Shown here: positions 13,101 through 27,118 of the stretch, piece after piece
Layout: the number at the start of each line of letters is the position of its first letter
Numbering within the stretch: the stretch's first letter is position 1
Assembly: GCF_000143415.4 (NCBI RefSeq)
Contig: NW_003314344.1
Coordinates: forward strand, 574,106-638,105
DNA length: 64,000 nt
Reading direction: 5' to 3'
From: Selaginella moellendorffii
Lineage: Eukaryota; Plantae; Lycopodiophyta
The notes under the pieces: generated by a model
Seen by the model: only the letters and a program-made list of their open reading frames with translations
Database searches by the model: none
What the model was told of the DNA's origin: nothing
Position numbers and translations under genes: made by a program

Positions 13101-16100
13101 TCATGTCGAGATGCATCGGAAACTCGAATCTGTCCTTGAGCTTCAACCGTTGCATGGTCTCGTAGTCGAAGTCGAAACGCTTCAGGTGAATCACAAGAGT
13201 CTGCGGAAGAGACTTCACGCATACCCGCTTGAGTGCGTCAACCTTCCGGCCACATTCATCACAGTAATATGCGTTGTCAGCCTCGAGCAAGTCCCCTCGC
13301 ACAAAAGAATCCAGAGATTCGAGCAAATCTCTTTTGTTCTTCACATCCACGCTGATCGCTGCAAACGGTTCGTCTCTTTCGCTGCAATGGTTACACCCGC
13401 GACTAATCACCTGGGGAAAAAGAAAGAAAAAGATACAAACAAAATGTCATGATCCCAGGACATACAGGCACAATTGAGCATACCTGCTGGACAAAAATGC
13501 CGCCGAAGATTTTCGTCAGCGTTGTCTCTTGGTGTGTCGCTTTTAATGTATCATCAACAGCATCGTATAAGCGGTTGAAAAACTCAAAAGCATCTTGGTG
13601 TTCCCGAAGATTGATCGGCATCCCATCGTAGTCCCGGTACGCATCCCAAAATCCCTGAGGAGTATAATGGTCCAAACTACTGCCAAGAAGAGCCCCAAAC
13701 ATGGTTTGCAGCTGAAAAAAAACTGAGTCTGCCTTCTCCATGTCGTCGCACTCCTTACATTCTAAAACTGTCCGCCGAACATCCGGTTGCATGTATAACT
13801 GCTGGAAGACCGAGTTCATATAGCAGGTGGCTCCGGCGTTCTTCAGCCCGACGTAGCCACTGAGAGCTTTTCGACCATACGAAGGCAAGTGCTCCCATTC
13901 GTGAATATCGGATGAGAAATGAAGTTTCACCAGCAGATCCACTATTTCCTTCAAGTTGTCAATGCAGTGGGTGGCCAGGCAAGTCAGCAGCTGAAAAGCC
14001 TTTTCGCGACTACGACGAGTCCCGCACCTCGACTGCAGGACTCTGTCATCGAGCCTGTCGCAGCTGTCATCGTCGATTTTCCATAGCATTGCCGATTCTA
14101 GAAATAAGAAACTCTCAACCAGCTGCACATTATCACTGTTAGCGTTCTCCTGGTCCGACAAGCAGAAATTTAGTACCTCTTGCACTAGGCCGGTCCCCTG
14201 AGGCAACTTGCTCGAGCCAATAAGACGTCGATCAAGAACTTCTATCAACACTTTTACTAAAAATAAGTGTCCTTCAAGAAGCTGTGCAGAGAAAACAGAT
14301 GAGAGAGAGTTGCGATCACAATAAAATAACCCACCCTGTCATCGTCATCAGTGGCCTCGGGTGCACATCTAAGCCAAGAAAGCTCTTCCAGAAGCTGCTG
14401 CTCCCCCATTGCATGCTCTTCAGGCCCACTGATGCGATAAAAGAGCTGCCCCAAGAGCTCCAAAAACTGAAACAAAACAGCTCAGTCGCTACGTTAACGT
14501 CACTTGGACTTACTGGTAAACAGCGCTTCGGCTCGGTGTTAGCTTCCGCCTTCGTGTCAATGAGGGCGGCCATAAGATGCCGACGAACGATAGGATGTTT
14601 TCCCGATTCTTTGCTGAAGAAATCATAGCTGTTACAACATTCTGAACAAAAAACATCTTTCACCTCAATCTCAGAAAGCTGGACGCTGCCTGGTATCTGA
14701 CAAACTCGTCAGGTGAATGTAAAACCATATCCTAAGAAGAAATAAGTTGATACAAGTAGAAAAAGAGACAAAATACGTACCACAATAAACCTGCCAACGT
14801 CGGGAGATGAAAAGAAAGTTCCAAGTAATGATTTATGTGACAGCAGGCATGTCACCTGGTAAGAAGTATGATTTAGAGAGAGAAAGAAATAAAAGAGAAA
14901 AACTTACAAGAAGTTCCAGCGCTTCAAGGCAGAGGTATCGATCGTCCTGGTTCAAGAAGTCCCCACTGTTTTCAAACTTCTGCAAGAATAACGTCTAGAG
15001 TCAGTATAGCAGGGTCAGCACATAAAATTAGACATTGGTCACCTTTTCAGACCTTCGACCCTTCAAAATCTCCGCCAAAGGCGCAGAATTGGCTAGCCAA
15101 AGGCGCAGAATTGGCTAGCATAGATATTTGGCCTAGTGCAGTCCCCCAAGTAAGTCGCTTTAGAGCACCTGCGACTACTGACATGTCGATCACTTCCAGC
15201 TGCTCAAAGAAAAGGTTTACATATACGTCATTGTCGGAAAACTACTCTGGTTACTTTTTCAACGTTGACGTCGTCGTTAACAGAGATGGTGCTCCCACTT
15301 TCAGATTCTTCGACTGTATCTCCTCTGCATATTTAAAAACATCAGAAATCGCTCCCTGTCTGGTACTGAAAATACATACCCGATGATTCGAGTGTTGTCG
15401 GAAAGAGAAGTAGTTTGTGTTTCTGACAACTGAACATTTCGGAACTAATAAGGATTTGTGAACACAATTTCTTACTCACCAAAAGCTTTAAAATACGTAG
15501 GGCGCTAGTGTAACAGCCACGCCGTGTCTGACTATCAACCCCCATCATCGCACCAGGTTCGAAAACCGTCATTAAATGCCTGGAACTCGTTTGTTATGTC
15601 ATGATAAACAATTGGTAGACACAACTTACCGAAAGCCTCCAAATCGAATAAAGTCATTTCTAAAACGCTGATTTTCGACATTTCGATTGACGGGCATAAG
15701 CAAGCCGTCCACTATCTGTGAAAAAAGAAAACAAATCAAAATCCCGTAAAATTTCGTATCTATACCTGAAGTGTATACAGGAGTCGACAGTGGGCTCCAA
15801 ATTGCAAAGTAAGAAACTCTTTTGCTTTGGCCACTGGCTTCTTGTGTAAATTCTGTCCCGCGTGTCATGAATAATTTGTTCGGACAACGCAAAAACAAGA
15901 AACGTTTACCTGAAATTCACTGAGGATTCCAGGATGTGTTGGCAGCAATGAAAGGAGATAGTTTGCTTCCTGACATTTAAATTTCCGTTAAAAACATGAA
16001 ATGTACGATGCTGACTAACCTCCCGAACACCACCGTGACCCGCCTCGGCAAGTCTGAAAAGGATATCGTAGACCTGCAAAATTGATAATCAGAATGCACA

Positions 16101-19100
16101 AGAGACAATAGGGTGGGTGTGACGTGTACCTGAGGACTCTTTGATATCAGAAGTCCCGGTAGCTGCAGCTCATCCATCTCCTCTTCAACAAGGTCCACGA
16201 TATTAACCTGCAAGAATATCAGTAAAAGGAATCACAAGCAAGCTAACATACCGACGCAGTCAGGGGCTGACCATCGGTTAAGCCCAGCTGCCGCAACACC
16301 TGCCATGCATCCTTCTAGCCAACAGAAACAACTATAGCGGCAAAGCATACCTGTGAATCTTGCTTAAGTTCTTTGTTTGCGTGCATCAAACGCACACGAG
16401 AAACGGGACATTCAAGCCTCTCAGCCACCTATAGAGCGGTGAAATAAACCACAAATATTAAAATAAATCTTACCTTTGCTCGGAACGAACCAAGGTACTC
16501 GTTTGCATGAACGAGAATGTCAAAACGTGTCGACTGCTTATTTGCCGTGCTAACCTACAGAAAAACATCGCGTTTTCTACAACTTTACCACACATTTTGA
16601 ACAAATACCCCCAAAGTAAGCGGTCGTCCTTGAAATGAAGCACCATGCGCAGGAACTTTACGAGGGCAGGATCCTTCACATTTTATAATAAACTCCTGAA
16701 AATTTAAACGGTTAAGTATTAGTATCGAAAGAACATAAAAACGGAAAGGAAGGCTTACTCTTAGTATCCGTAGGCAGCGCTCGACTTTGTACGGATCCTT
16801 TTCAAAATTCACAGTGCACGGCTTGTCTGCCTCACTTTCTATCGACTCGGTAAAATTTTCCACGTCCGGGACATCTACGTTCCCATCAACCATACTGATG
16901 CTGTTACTATCTGTTGCCTCCGTATTCCTGTGTCCATTCTCAAGGGCCGCAGTCAAGTTACGCAGGCACTCGTTGATAAAGCACTGGCGTATTTGAACCA
17001 AATTTTGCCGCAGGCTGTCTGAGAGGTGAGTATGGATGTCCCGCAACATACTTATGCTCTGTTCCGCAATGCTATTGACAGGTGACGAAAGAGCAGCTTG
17101 CCACATGTAGGACATTCCAATCAGCTGCAAGTCGTGCGTCTCAGTCCCTTCATCGATTCTTATTCGCACAAGTTTCTTCTCGAAAAGATTCACCCACAGA
17201 AACAGCCTCATAAAGCACCTATGTAAAATACATGAAGAGTGTCAACCATCTTGCATGCAGCTTACCTCCAGGCAATTTCCGAAAGAGAACAAGGGTCCAT
17301 GCAGGTAAGTTTCTTTGTGAGAATGTTGAGCATTGCGTCGAAGGACAAGCACGGGGTTTTTTCAAGAGCATCGCACAGCCATTGGAACCCCCTCTCCTTG
17401 TCAGCATCGAACACAGACGACTCAATCATGCAGTTCCACAGCCTCTCCATAGCATCCCAAGGCAAACTAACATCGCCTGCCTGTACCAACCATTAAACCG
17501 CAAAGGAGCAGTGCAAAATATACCTGTATTGAGAACAATATGAATTCCAAGCGCTCCTTCACGTGTTGATCATGGGTGTACCGACAATCTGCAATGGAAT
17601 AGGGTGCTGCAGTCTTCTCTGACGGCTTTGCCACCACTAACTTCTCAGAGCACATCAATCGAGCGTGGGCCATGTACTGTTCCAAACTCTTCACAACCTG
17701 AATAGCAAGTTTGAGAAACTAAATCATAAAAACCTTCAATATTTACCATGAGTAAAAAACAATCGTCTTTTATGAGCTTTTGAAGGCGCATTTGACGAGA
17801 AACCTCATCCTGTGGATATCGTTACGAGAGAATAAAAAAACCACAAAAAACGCTTACCTGGTAAAATGGCTTCTCGTTATCTAAAAGTATGATTTCACGA
17901 AGTAGACGTAAAGACGGAATCACCGAGATTCCATGCTCTACATTTTTCAGGCATTTCGAAATGTATTCCTGCAAAGCGAAAATACATGTTAAAATCGGCG
18001 GTGAAAACCCAGAATCAGACAGGAACACAGGAGACTAACTAACAGCAAGTGCCACTAAATCTTACTGCCAAAAGGAAAAGCCTCTCTGACCCACATCTTT
18101 ACTAGCACAGTTCACCGAGTCATAGTGGCCGAGAATTTCGGTGAGAGCTCCTGAGTCAAGAACTTCCGCAGGTGCTTCTCCAGAGTGCATCATATTCCAG
18201 AGTAGCTCCAGCAGCCTAAATAAAACATAAACATAAGAAACCAAACTTACTAACACGCACCTTTGGGCCATAACTCCCTTTGTGTCACTCCGGGCGAGTT
18301 TTTTAACTAAAGAGAGGATCTTCACGATATCTGACGGCGAGCGCCCCTGTCACACATAAAAGTGACACACTAGAAAAGAGAGATATGAAGTACCTGGCTG
18401 CGCTCGAAGCGACCAAATAGACTATCCAGCTGCTCGGCTGAAAATGACCAAGCAAGATCGGCGAGAAGATCAAAGATATTTGCTTTGACCTGCCAATAAT
18501 ACAGAGCGTAATCTTCCGGAGGGTACAAACAACATCAAACTTACCGTTTCAAATTGGTCCGGCTTTTCAGTGGCTGCCCAGATAGCATCAATATGCTCTT
18601 CTGAAAGGCGACGCTCTTGGAGCAAAAACCTCATAATCTTTTCTACCTGTTTCATTGTTAAATAAAGGTAAACTCAAACGCAGCCACAACAAGTGTAAAA
18701 CTCACCTGGTCTACGTATTGTTTGTGGTGGAGATGGGACCTAAGGACATGCCGCAAAATATTGTTTCGCTCGAGCCACTGAATTGTTGCATTAACGGACC
18801 GCGACTTATCCCTGCAACGTATCAATCGAAACATCAAGCTTTAACGTAAGAACTAGAAAACAACACGAACCTTGGAGCTATCGCTCGAGCGTTCTCTAGG
18901 AGCTTGTTGATCTCCCGAACCGCGCTCAGCTGCTTATTGAACGAGTTGAATCCCAGCATGCGCTCCACCATCTTCCGTTGCACAATGCTCGTCATGCTCT
19001 CAGCCTTTTCCGCCGACGAGCTCCGACCGAGTATGACTTGCAAGTGCTTCAGTATCAGCGACAACGCTCCAAAAGACCCGTCTTTCGTCTTGTCGCTAAG

Positions 19101-20093
19101 AGCATCCACGTCTCTCTCCAGCAGGTCCTCTACGTATCTCAAAATCCTGCTGCAAGGGTCGCCAAGGTGGCTGGCGACTTCGTCCGTGATAAACTCCGTC
19201 GACCTCGCAATGGGAAGCAACAGAGCTTCCATCACCGCCGGCAAAAGCTTCTGCGGATAGTTGAGCACCCGCAGGAGATGCTGGTAGCCATTCCCGTAAG
19301 CCGTGTGGCCAAAGTAGTTCAAGAGATAGGCCAGCCAGCAGTAGACATCCGGAGGACGACACCTGTTGCAGTCGCAGCTCTCGTCCCTGACAGCGGCGCC
19401 TTTGCGGTTCGCACAATGCCAGTCGTTGTTGCTGCTGGCCTTCCTCGACGGCGTCCCGGGCATCGGCCTCGCAAAGTTGCAGGGAGGAGAAACCGACGAG
19501 GCCGAGGGTGGCAGACCCTGTTCTTTGTGCTTGAGATGGAATTGGCATTGCTTGTCAAAGGCAATGGCGAGCGTCCTGAGCAGCGGCAGCATGTCATCGT
19601 CCACACCAACGTCGTCGAGCAGCAGCTGCGGAGCCTTGACGGATACCAAGTCCATGAGCTTACACACGGCATCGAAGATGTTGTTGTGGATCTCGTTGGT
19701 CCACTTCCATATCGCCTTGTCGTCCAGGCACTTCTCAAACGCGCTCGGCACAGCCTCCCGGTACAGAGTCTGGAGCTTGCGAAAGTCCCCACCGAATTCT
19801 TCCCGGCCACCACTCACGATCTTTGCAGCCGCCGAGAGGCAATTCCTGAGATGGATGGGATAGACAGTCCATGGGAACTTGTTGAGCCCATCGAGCACGG
19901 TCCCCAACTCGTCCCTGGGAAACTCGCAGCACAGCTCCTCCAAGTCCACCTCGTTCACGGGCATCATCGTCAAATCTGTGCCTTCGTACTCGCCAATGGA
20001 CGACTCCTCATCACTGGTGTTGCTCTCCCTATCCCACAGCTCTACGTTGTCTTCCTGCCTCAGGAAGCTCTGCCGCTCCCAGCTCTGATCCAT
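10199..20093 (-). CDS. Ubiquitin carboxyl-terminal hydrolase, USP9X/USP24/fat-facets-like (multi-exon); one exon carries a 22-bp duplication
   Basis: Cys box GYVGLKNAGATCYMNSVFQQLYM, REHQDAFEFF, LLEADNAYYCDECGRKV, HLKRFDFDYE, His box VVVHSGTAFAGHYYSYIKER and WIAFDD; long helical N-terminus; many GT-AG introns. Confidence 0.9.
10466..10488. repeat. (CA)n microsatellite at the 3' splice site of the last USP intron
   Basis: About 11 CA units directly adjacent to the acceptor (tgtg...tgcag on the - strand). Confidence 0.9.
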
Positions 20094-20534
20094 ACACAGC
20101 TGCCGCCCCTCTCACTGCTGCGAATCGCGCCTGGAATCCATCGCGAATCCCCCACACTCTGGCAATTTCGCCGCCGAGCTGCCGCGGCGCCCCCGGATCC
20201 TCCAAGACCTAATCTACGCCAAGAGAAAACCTGGCAGCTCACCTGGATTGCCGCGACGCTGCCGATCGATCCTAAAACCCTCTCGCACTGCTCCTCTCGA
20301 AAAAACCCTGATTGTTGGCCGAGCTCGCCAGAACTAGGTCTCGCACAACACATTGGCAAATGCGTACGAGCATGGCCAAATATGGCCCAGCACAAGAGCA
20401 TCGCATTTTCCGATATTCTGTACGGAAACATTAAGCTCTAGCTATAAGCGCCTAATTTTTCCCTTTCTCTCTCCTTTGTACATTGAGAGCAGAGCTCGAG
20501 CGCAAGATATTTCCTCGCAAGGAGAAATTTTTTC

Positions 20535-23500
20535 TTAGAAGTTTTCCTTGTGAAAATCGAAGGTGGTTGAGTTCTGGTGCGTGTACTCTCGCGACAGTGC
20601 GTCCAATTCTTTCGCCACTCCTGGGGCACCACAGTAAAATACGCCTGCAAGGAACAAAACGTGGAAAACGGGAGTGATGGCTCCTTTTTTCTTTTCTAGA
20701 TGCTAGACCAAAGTTTTGTCTTGAGAATCCATCACTCACCGATGTTAGCATGCCTGTGAACTGCTGAGAGCCGTGAAAACACCGTCTTCCAGTTTGGTCT
20801 CGCAAAATGTGTTCTTACCTGGAGAGGAGCGACAGTTTTTAGAAACTACAGGAACTAGAAGAAATCTTCGTACGTACCCGAGTCCCAGACAGGATGTCCA
20901 CTCCGTTTTTGGCGAGGTTCAAAGCCTGGATCATGGTGATCAGTGCCGATCGAGCGTCGCCCTCCTCGTACACACTCGTGAGATAGTTGTGCATCTCGAT
21001 AACTCTCTGCTCGTCAAAGTTCATGCAAACTATTAAGCAAAAGAATGCGAGAAAAATCCGACCTTGTGATCCATCTCTGCAATCTCGTTCATGACACCTT
21101 TAAACCATTCGAAAGATCCCTGCTCTCTAGTCACCCAGTAGAAGTAAACTTTTGTAGGACCGCTCTTCTTCCCATTGTTCTGCGATCCCAACGGAATGAG
21201 AATGAGTTTGTAGCTTGAGTAACTTGGAAGAACTTACTTCCACATCCCTGTTGACGTGATTCAAGATGTCTCTCAGAATACTTACGAAAGGTGTTGCTCC
21301 AATGCCAAGACCAACGAGCAGCAGCACATCATACTTCATGTAATCTTGTGCTGGAGCACCATAGGGACCATCAATTCGTAGCTTTGGAAACCTGCAATAG
21401 ACGAAAAAAAAAGGCACAGCTTTTCTGTAAAATTCTAATCTATTTTTCCTACCTTGGTTGTGACTGGAACTCCAGATCATGATCCACATACTCAGCTCTG
21501 AGCAGGCCACTTTTGCCAACTTCGGGTTTGTGGCAAACCTGTACACGGCTTTCAAAGTTGGAGTTCAAATGTATGGCAGCATACGTACCTCTGAGAAGAT
21601 TTTCTTCATTTTGGAGGTCCAGTCCCCGGCACTTCTTATATGGATGCTCAAGTAGTCATCACTTGGAGCAGAAGTGATCGAAAAAGGATGCCTGTGATGA
21701 AAAGATCAAAGCTTGCTGACTAAAGAAAAGAAAGAAAAAAAAAGCTAAGAAACTAGTAGTACTGACCATTGAAGATGCGAGATGGCCGGGCACTTGAGGA
21801 AGAGATACATGCCACTCTTGTACTTAAAACCGCGAGGCTTTTGTATGTACAAAGCCAAGACATTTCCAGGATAAACAGCAGCCTGTAGTTAAACTGCTCA
21901 ATCAAAACCATGAACGAAATCCTAAAGAAAAGTTTCGTGCCAGACCTTGACTACACGAACTGTATACAATCCCGCACGGATGGCTCGTACCAATCGCTCG
22001 GAGGCATATAAAGCCACTGGAATCGCGACATACATCCAAGTCTGTGCAGGAAACCAAAACGAGAGAAAAGAGAAAACTCGTCAGTGGAAAAACAAGTCTC
22101 AAAGACCAAAGGAGCCACTTACGAACCGTTTTCTGCCACCATCCATGTGCCAAATAAATGAAGAGCGAGTGGACAATGAGCAGGACGTAGACAAAGATAA
22201 ACAAATGGTGCGAGTACCAAAAGGCGTTGAATCCGCTTAGCCTGTGCAAAGGCCACAGTGGCTTTACCTGGCCTCGCCTGAACCATGGCGTCGCTAGCAG
22301 GAATATAAAAGCCATGAGCAGCACGCTCGCGATCCCAGTAACCCCAGCCACTGACTTTAGCAGATCAACGTACGTTTGTCTCTTGTAGTGAAAACTTTTG
22401 CCGAGGGTGCGCATGAAGAGCTCGTCAGACGAGCTAGTAATTCTCGGGAAGTCGCAGGCCAAGTGGACTCCAGCGTGAATCACAGTTCCAATTGCAACAC
22501 CAGACGCAATCATCTGGACGAAAAAGAACTATCAGAAGAAGAAGACGAAAGCAAAAGATCAAAGGTTGTACGTACCATATGAAACTTGAGGTTGTCGTTG
22601 AAAGGGACGATGTTGCCGACGAAGGTCGAACGAAACCAGGTGATGGTGTTTCTACAGACCGGGAAAAGCACGAGTGCCATGTTGAGCTTGAGAGTCTCGG
22701 CAGCACCTTTTGCGACGCACAGACAATATCCCATGACTTCAAAAGCTGCTCGCTGCTTGTACACGAAAAACTTCCACGCGAACAATCCCGCCATGGTCGC
22801 AATCCAAAGTCCGAAGAACATGAGGTACCTCCAGTTCTCGGAGAGGTAGAACTTCGAATCTTTCCAAAAGGAGAGAAGTGGAGTGTGCTTTTTCCGCTTG
22901 ACGGCGACGAGATTCCGAGAGATGGTTGTGCTGTAGTTGAGGAAAGAGTCTTTGGCATGCGCTGGCTCCGGAACTCTCATCAAAGCTTCGAGCTGCGAAA
23001 GCTGCCAGGAAAAAGAAAAGTGGACAAGGAAAACTATGAAGCTCGATCATGGCATCGTGGAAATATTTACCTCAATGAAGCCATTCTTGTCAGGATCCAA
23101 CTCTTCCATAATTAACGCGGCGAACTCGTCGGCTTGTGCCTTGAGCTTGGCAAGCTTGTTGGTTGCCGCACTAAGCATGATAATCTACACGATTGTGCCG
23201 CACCAAGGAAAAAAAAAAAAGAGTTAAGAGAAGAGCAAGATGGTTGTCACTCACTCTCAATCAATCACCTCTTTGACTTCTTCTTCTGATATATGTCCGT
23301 CTGCGTTTCTGTCGAACCTGAGAAACGAGGAAACGATTCGAAATCACTGCATCTTGATCACAATCGAGAACTTACATCTGGAAGAAAATTTGCATACGAG
23401 AGTCGAAGCTATCGTCGCTCATTTGCAGCCAGAAGGCGTGAAGAACTTCTTTGGAAATGCTTTTCTGGTTCTCGAGTTTCTTGCTGGAGACGAGCGCATC

Positions 23501-24016
23501 GAAGAGCGCTTGAGCAAATTCCGAGGTCTCCATTCCTGAAAGCAAAGAACACAAAAGCTTGATAGTCAGAAGATTGAAGAAGAAAAGAAAAAGGAAGATA
23601 GAAAACATTGGAACTTCACCTATGCATTCACCGAATTTTTCACGAGAAAGGCTTCCATCCACTGCAAGCACCGTGAATCTCCTTTCGATGTCGAGCCACG
23701 ACACTTTCTTCTTGTTCTTCCCGGTAAGGAAACGAAGTCCCTGGAGGGCATTGGACTTTGTCCTGGAAAACTTTGCTTGCTTCGCTCGATCAAACTTGGT
23801 GGCCTTTGGAGAGTTGTGATTCCTGACAGTGCTGGCGAGACGAGTGAAAGCAGTCTTAACTTTGATGGCCGTGACCACAGTGGATCTCTTCTCGCCTCCA
23901 CCCGAAGCAATGGACTCGGTGCGATGGAGAGGACGATCGCTAGACACTGAAACTCCATCGTCGTTGGCCATCTCGATCACCACCTTGGTGGCTTGATCGG
24001 GATCTTCGTCCCGCAT
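20535..24016 (-). CDS. RBOH: Respiratory burst oxidase homolog (NADPH oxidase), multi-exon
   Basis: [11 protein letters not shown]-hands ([18 protein letters not shown]), [56 protein letters not shown], and the C-terminal FHKENF*. Confidence 0.95.
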
Positions 24017-24956
24017 CGTGTGACTGGAAAGAAAGAACGATCACAAAACTTCACAACCAAGAACCAAAGAAACAACGCACCACACAATTGTTTATCGCCT
24101 GGAGAAAAGTGAGCAGTGATCGAAGAAGATGCTTTCACATCACTCCTGCTCTAAAGTTTTTGTGGAGATCCGTGCGAGGTCCCATCTACATTTCATTCCA
24201 TCGATAAGAATCCATGCTATGAATCAGCCGCAAGAAATAAAAAATAAAAAATAGTTTTTCACCAACAGAGAAAACAAACTCTACTCACATGTTTCGTAGC
24301 GAACACCGCCAAAGCCACAGTGAAAAGATGTACGAAGAAATGCTAGTGCCAGTGTTGCCAGAGAGAGCTACCAAGAACGAGCAATCGCGGCCATTGAATC
24401 GCCCAAGGCAAGAACTCCCGCCCTTTGACCTCGATCGTCTTGCTGCTCGCCACAATCGCTGACCAAGCCTTCCGCCAAAGCTGCGATGATTCGCCCTCTT
24501 GCGTTTGTACAAAGAATGGAATTTACATCCCATCCTCGCGAAGGAGGCGAAGAATATATTTTACGAAAGAAGAAGGCACGAGGAACTCCACTGACTAGAA
24601 CACAATCGAGCGGCTGCAATCTTGCCACGCCACCGGACGCATCGAATCGACGGCTCACGGCCATACTCCACGATCATGGATCGTGCCGAGCACTGAATCG
24701 TAGAAAAAGCGCAAAATTCATGCCTGGTGTGGCCCCATGCTCGTAGAATGGTTTTTCAAGAACAGTTTCAATCTTCACAGTTGCCATACTTTTAAGAAAA
24801 TCAATCCTGTCGCATGTGAGGATCGTGGGCGATGCAACATTCCACCAAATCCTTACGTGTATACCACTTGTTCTTGTCAAATCCACTCGGGAATATCACT
24901 TGGATTGCGAAAACCTTTAGAAAAACTTTGTTGTTGATCCAGGAACTTACTTGGAT

Positions 24957-26991
24957 CTAGAAGGAAATTTGTGAAAGAGATTTGGCTAGCTTCACTAGAG
25001 CGTCTCCACGATTCGGACCTGCTTTAGCCGCTCTTGCATCAGTGTTTCCGATGCGTTGCTCGCGGTAGCGACGAGCAACTGGTCTTGCTCGTTCTCGATC
25101 TCGGCTTTGCCGCCGCTGGAGTTTCTTGTACAAGCCTCCGAGAAGCCTCTTCTGGCACCTCACTACTGTTCCCTGTGAGAGAGACGACTCCCCGAGATCG
25201 ACTATGCTCTTGCCTTGATCCACTGCGTCGAGCTTCCAGTCCTCTACACTAGCAGCCGGCTTGTCCACGAGTGCTGCTGGAGCCATTGGAGCATCCAAAA
25301 CGTCACCGAGATGGAGAGCTTCCATCAGTCCCGGCTTAACCAGGTAGCCTTCCAGAGCCGGAGCCACCTTAAGCGTCGTGGAGCTGTTTGCTAGAGATCC
25401 AACGCCTGCTGCTGCCTGGACTATCTTCGAGGGAGGCTCGAGAATGGAAATGGCTACGTGAAGCAAGCCTTTCCTTACGTCTCGCAGCTTTAACCACATG
25501 TCGTGCCTGTCTCCACCTCGTAAGTGTATCAAGTCGAGCTCGTACCACCCCTGGGATCGATCACAAGAACACCATGAAGATTAATCTCCGAGCTAGAAAA
25601 AGAAAAGACTTACGAGCTCATCGTCTTTCCCAAACTTGTCTCGGTCCCGAACACGGAAATGGATCTTGGAAGGCAAATTCCAGCTGATTATCCTCACCCG
25701 GAATAGCTCGTGCCATGAGGGATTGAGCGTCTGCTTCTTCACAGAAGTCGTAAACTTTAGCTTGCCCATTTTTATCTTCACGTATGGATCAGAGTAGCCT
25801 GTACTGTACAAAAAATTGTGGATGTAGCAATATAGAAAAATGAATTGATGCGACATACCCGATCTGTCTTTGGCTTCCAAGTCTTTGCCTTCCAAAATCT
25901 CCAGTATCGCGAATGCGGCTTCCTTGATCTCATGAAGACTCGCTGCTCACGTTTCATCAGTCATATATGAAAAACAAAGATTTTTACCAGGGAGAAGCCT
26001 GACGCCATCTTTATCAATGTCGAGATCATACTCGGCTCCAAACAACCGTATCATGTCAAGAACCAAAGGGTAAGGCTCCACCATGCACGTCTCGATAGCT
26101 GCTTGAACAGCTTTGCTCTGAAAAAGGACCAACGAAGAAATCAATCACTTTCAAGAGCTAGCAACGTACCACCCAGGAAGCGATTAGCGGCAAGTCAGTA
26201 ACATCCACACTGCTCGACGAGAGCGGCCTGACACTCAATCCCAGCAACGGTGCCGTCACAAAAGCGATGGAGAGCTGACCAACGTAAGGATAGTAAGCCA
26301 CAAACTTAAACCCGAGCTTGAGCTTCCCTTCGATCCTCAAGTTGGTCCCGTAGAGCTTGCCCGCAAATCCAAACCCGACCGACACCTTCTTGAGACAAGC
26401 CATGAGTTCCAACTGCATGTCTTCGTCGGCCACAAACGAGAGATCCATCTCGATCACAGCGTGCTCGCCAGCGCTCGAGTTTCGATAAACTTTCACCGAG
26501 TGCACAACCGGAGGAGAGTTTCCAAGGCGGAGACGATCGACCAGGATCTTGCTCACTGCCCGGGGCTTGTAATAGTTGAGATTCACGTCCAAGAGATAGA
26601 TGATGTTCCTGGCGAGGTACCGCTCCAGAAAGGTCGGCCAGCCTTCCTGGAGCAAGATATTAAACCAAGTCACAGTCTCGCTATCCGAGACCTGGACGCC
26701 CCGAATACTCTCGTGATCGATCTGGAACTGGAGCTGCGTTCTCAGGCGGGATTTCTGGACGCTGTCGACGCTGTGGAGGTAGAGCACCGAGAGGAGGATC
26801 GAGACGAGGAAATTGAAGCCCGCGAAGCCGGCGATCCACACGGCACTGGCGATTACCAGCAAATGGATGAAGAGCGGCCATTCCAGGACTGCGTCGGTGA
26901 AGATCCAGATAGGCCGCGCCAGAGCCCGGAAGAGGAGGCGCGAGACGATGAGGCAGAGCTGGGCGATCATCCTCGCATTCCCGCCCGCCAC
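24957..26991 (-). CDS. Synaptotagmin-like SMP + C2 domain lipid-transfer/membrane-tether protein (multi-exon)
   Basis: N-terminal TM, SMP domain (DSETVTWFNILLQEGWP...LGNSPP...DVTDLPLIASW) and C2 domain (SDPYVKIK...KQTLNPSWHE...DRDKFGKDD). Confidence 0.85.
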
Positions 26992-27118
26992 TAAAAGCCC
27001 TAGTCAGCCCTAACGGGATTTTCAAAAAACTTTGACGTGTCATTAATCTTTGAAGCCCTAACCCTAGCCCTAAATTCTCTTTTTCTTTCCTCTTCTTCTC
27101 TGGGGCAGCGCTTGCGCC
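26992..27118. promoter_or_regulatory. 127-bp bidirectional promoter region with telo-box-like motifs
   Basis: Only 127 bp separate two divergent ATGs; contains repeated GCCCTA/ACCCTA motifs (agccctagtcagccctaa, gccctaaccctagccctaaa). Confidence 0.6.

Noticed and set aside
18978-20441. 487-aa plus-strand ORF and other long overlapping ORFs (26461, 29697, 47438, 48738)
   Set aside because: Antisense shadows of GC-rich coding exons with no recognisable motifs.
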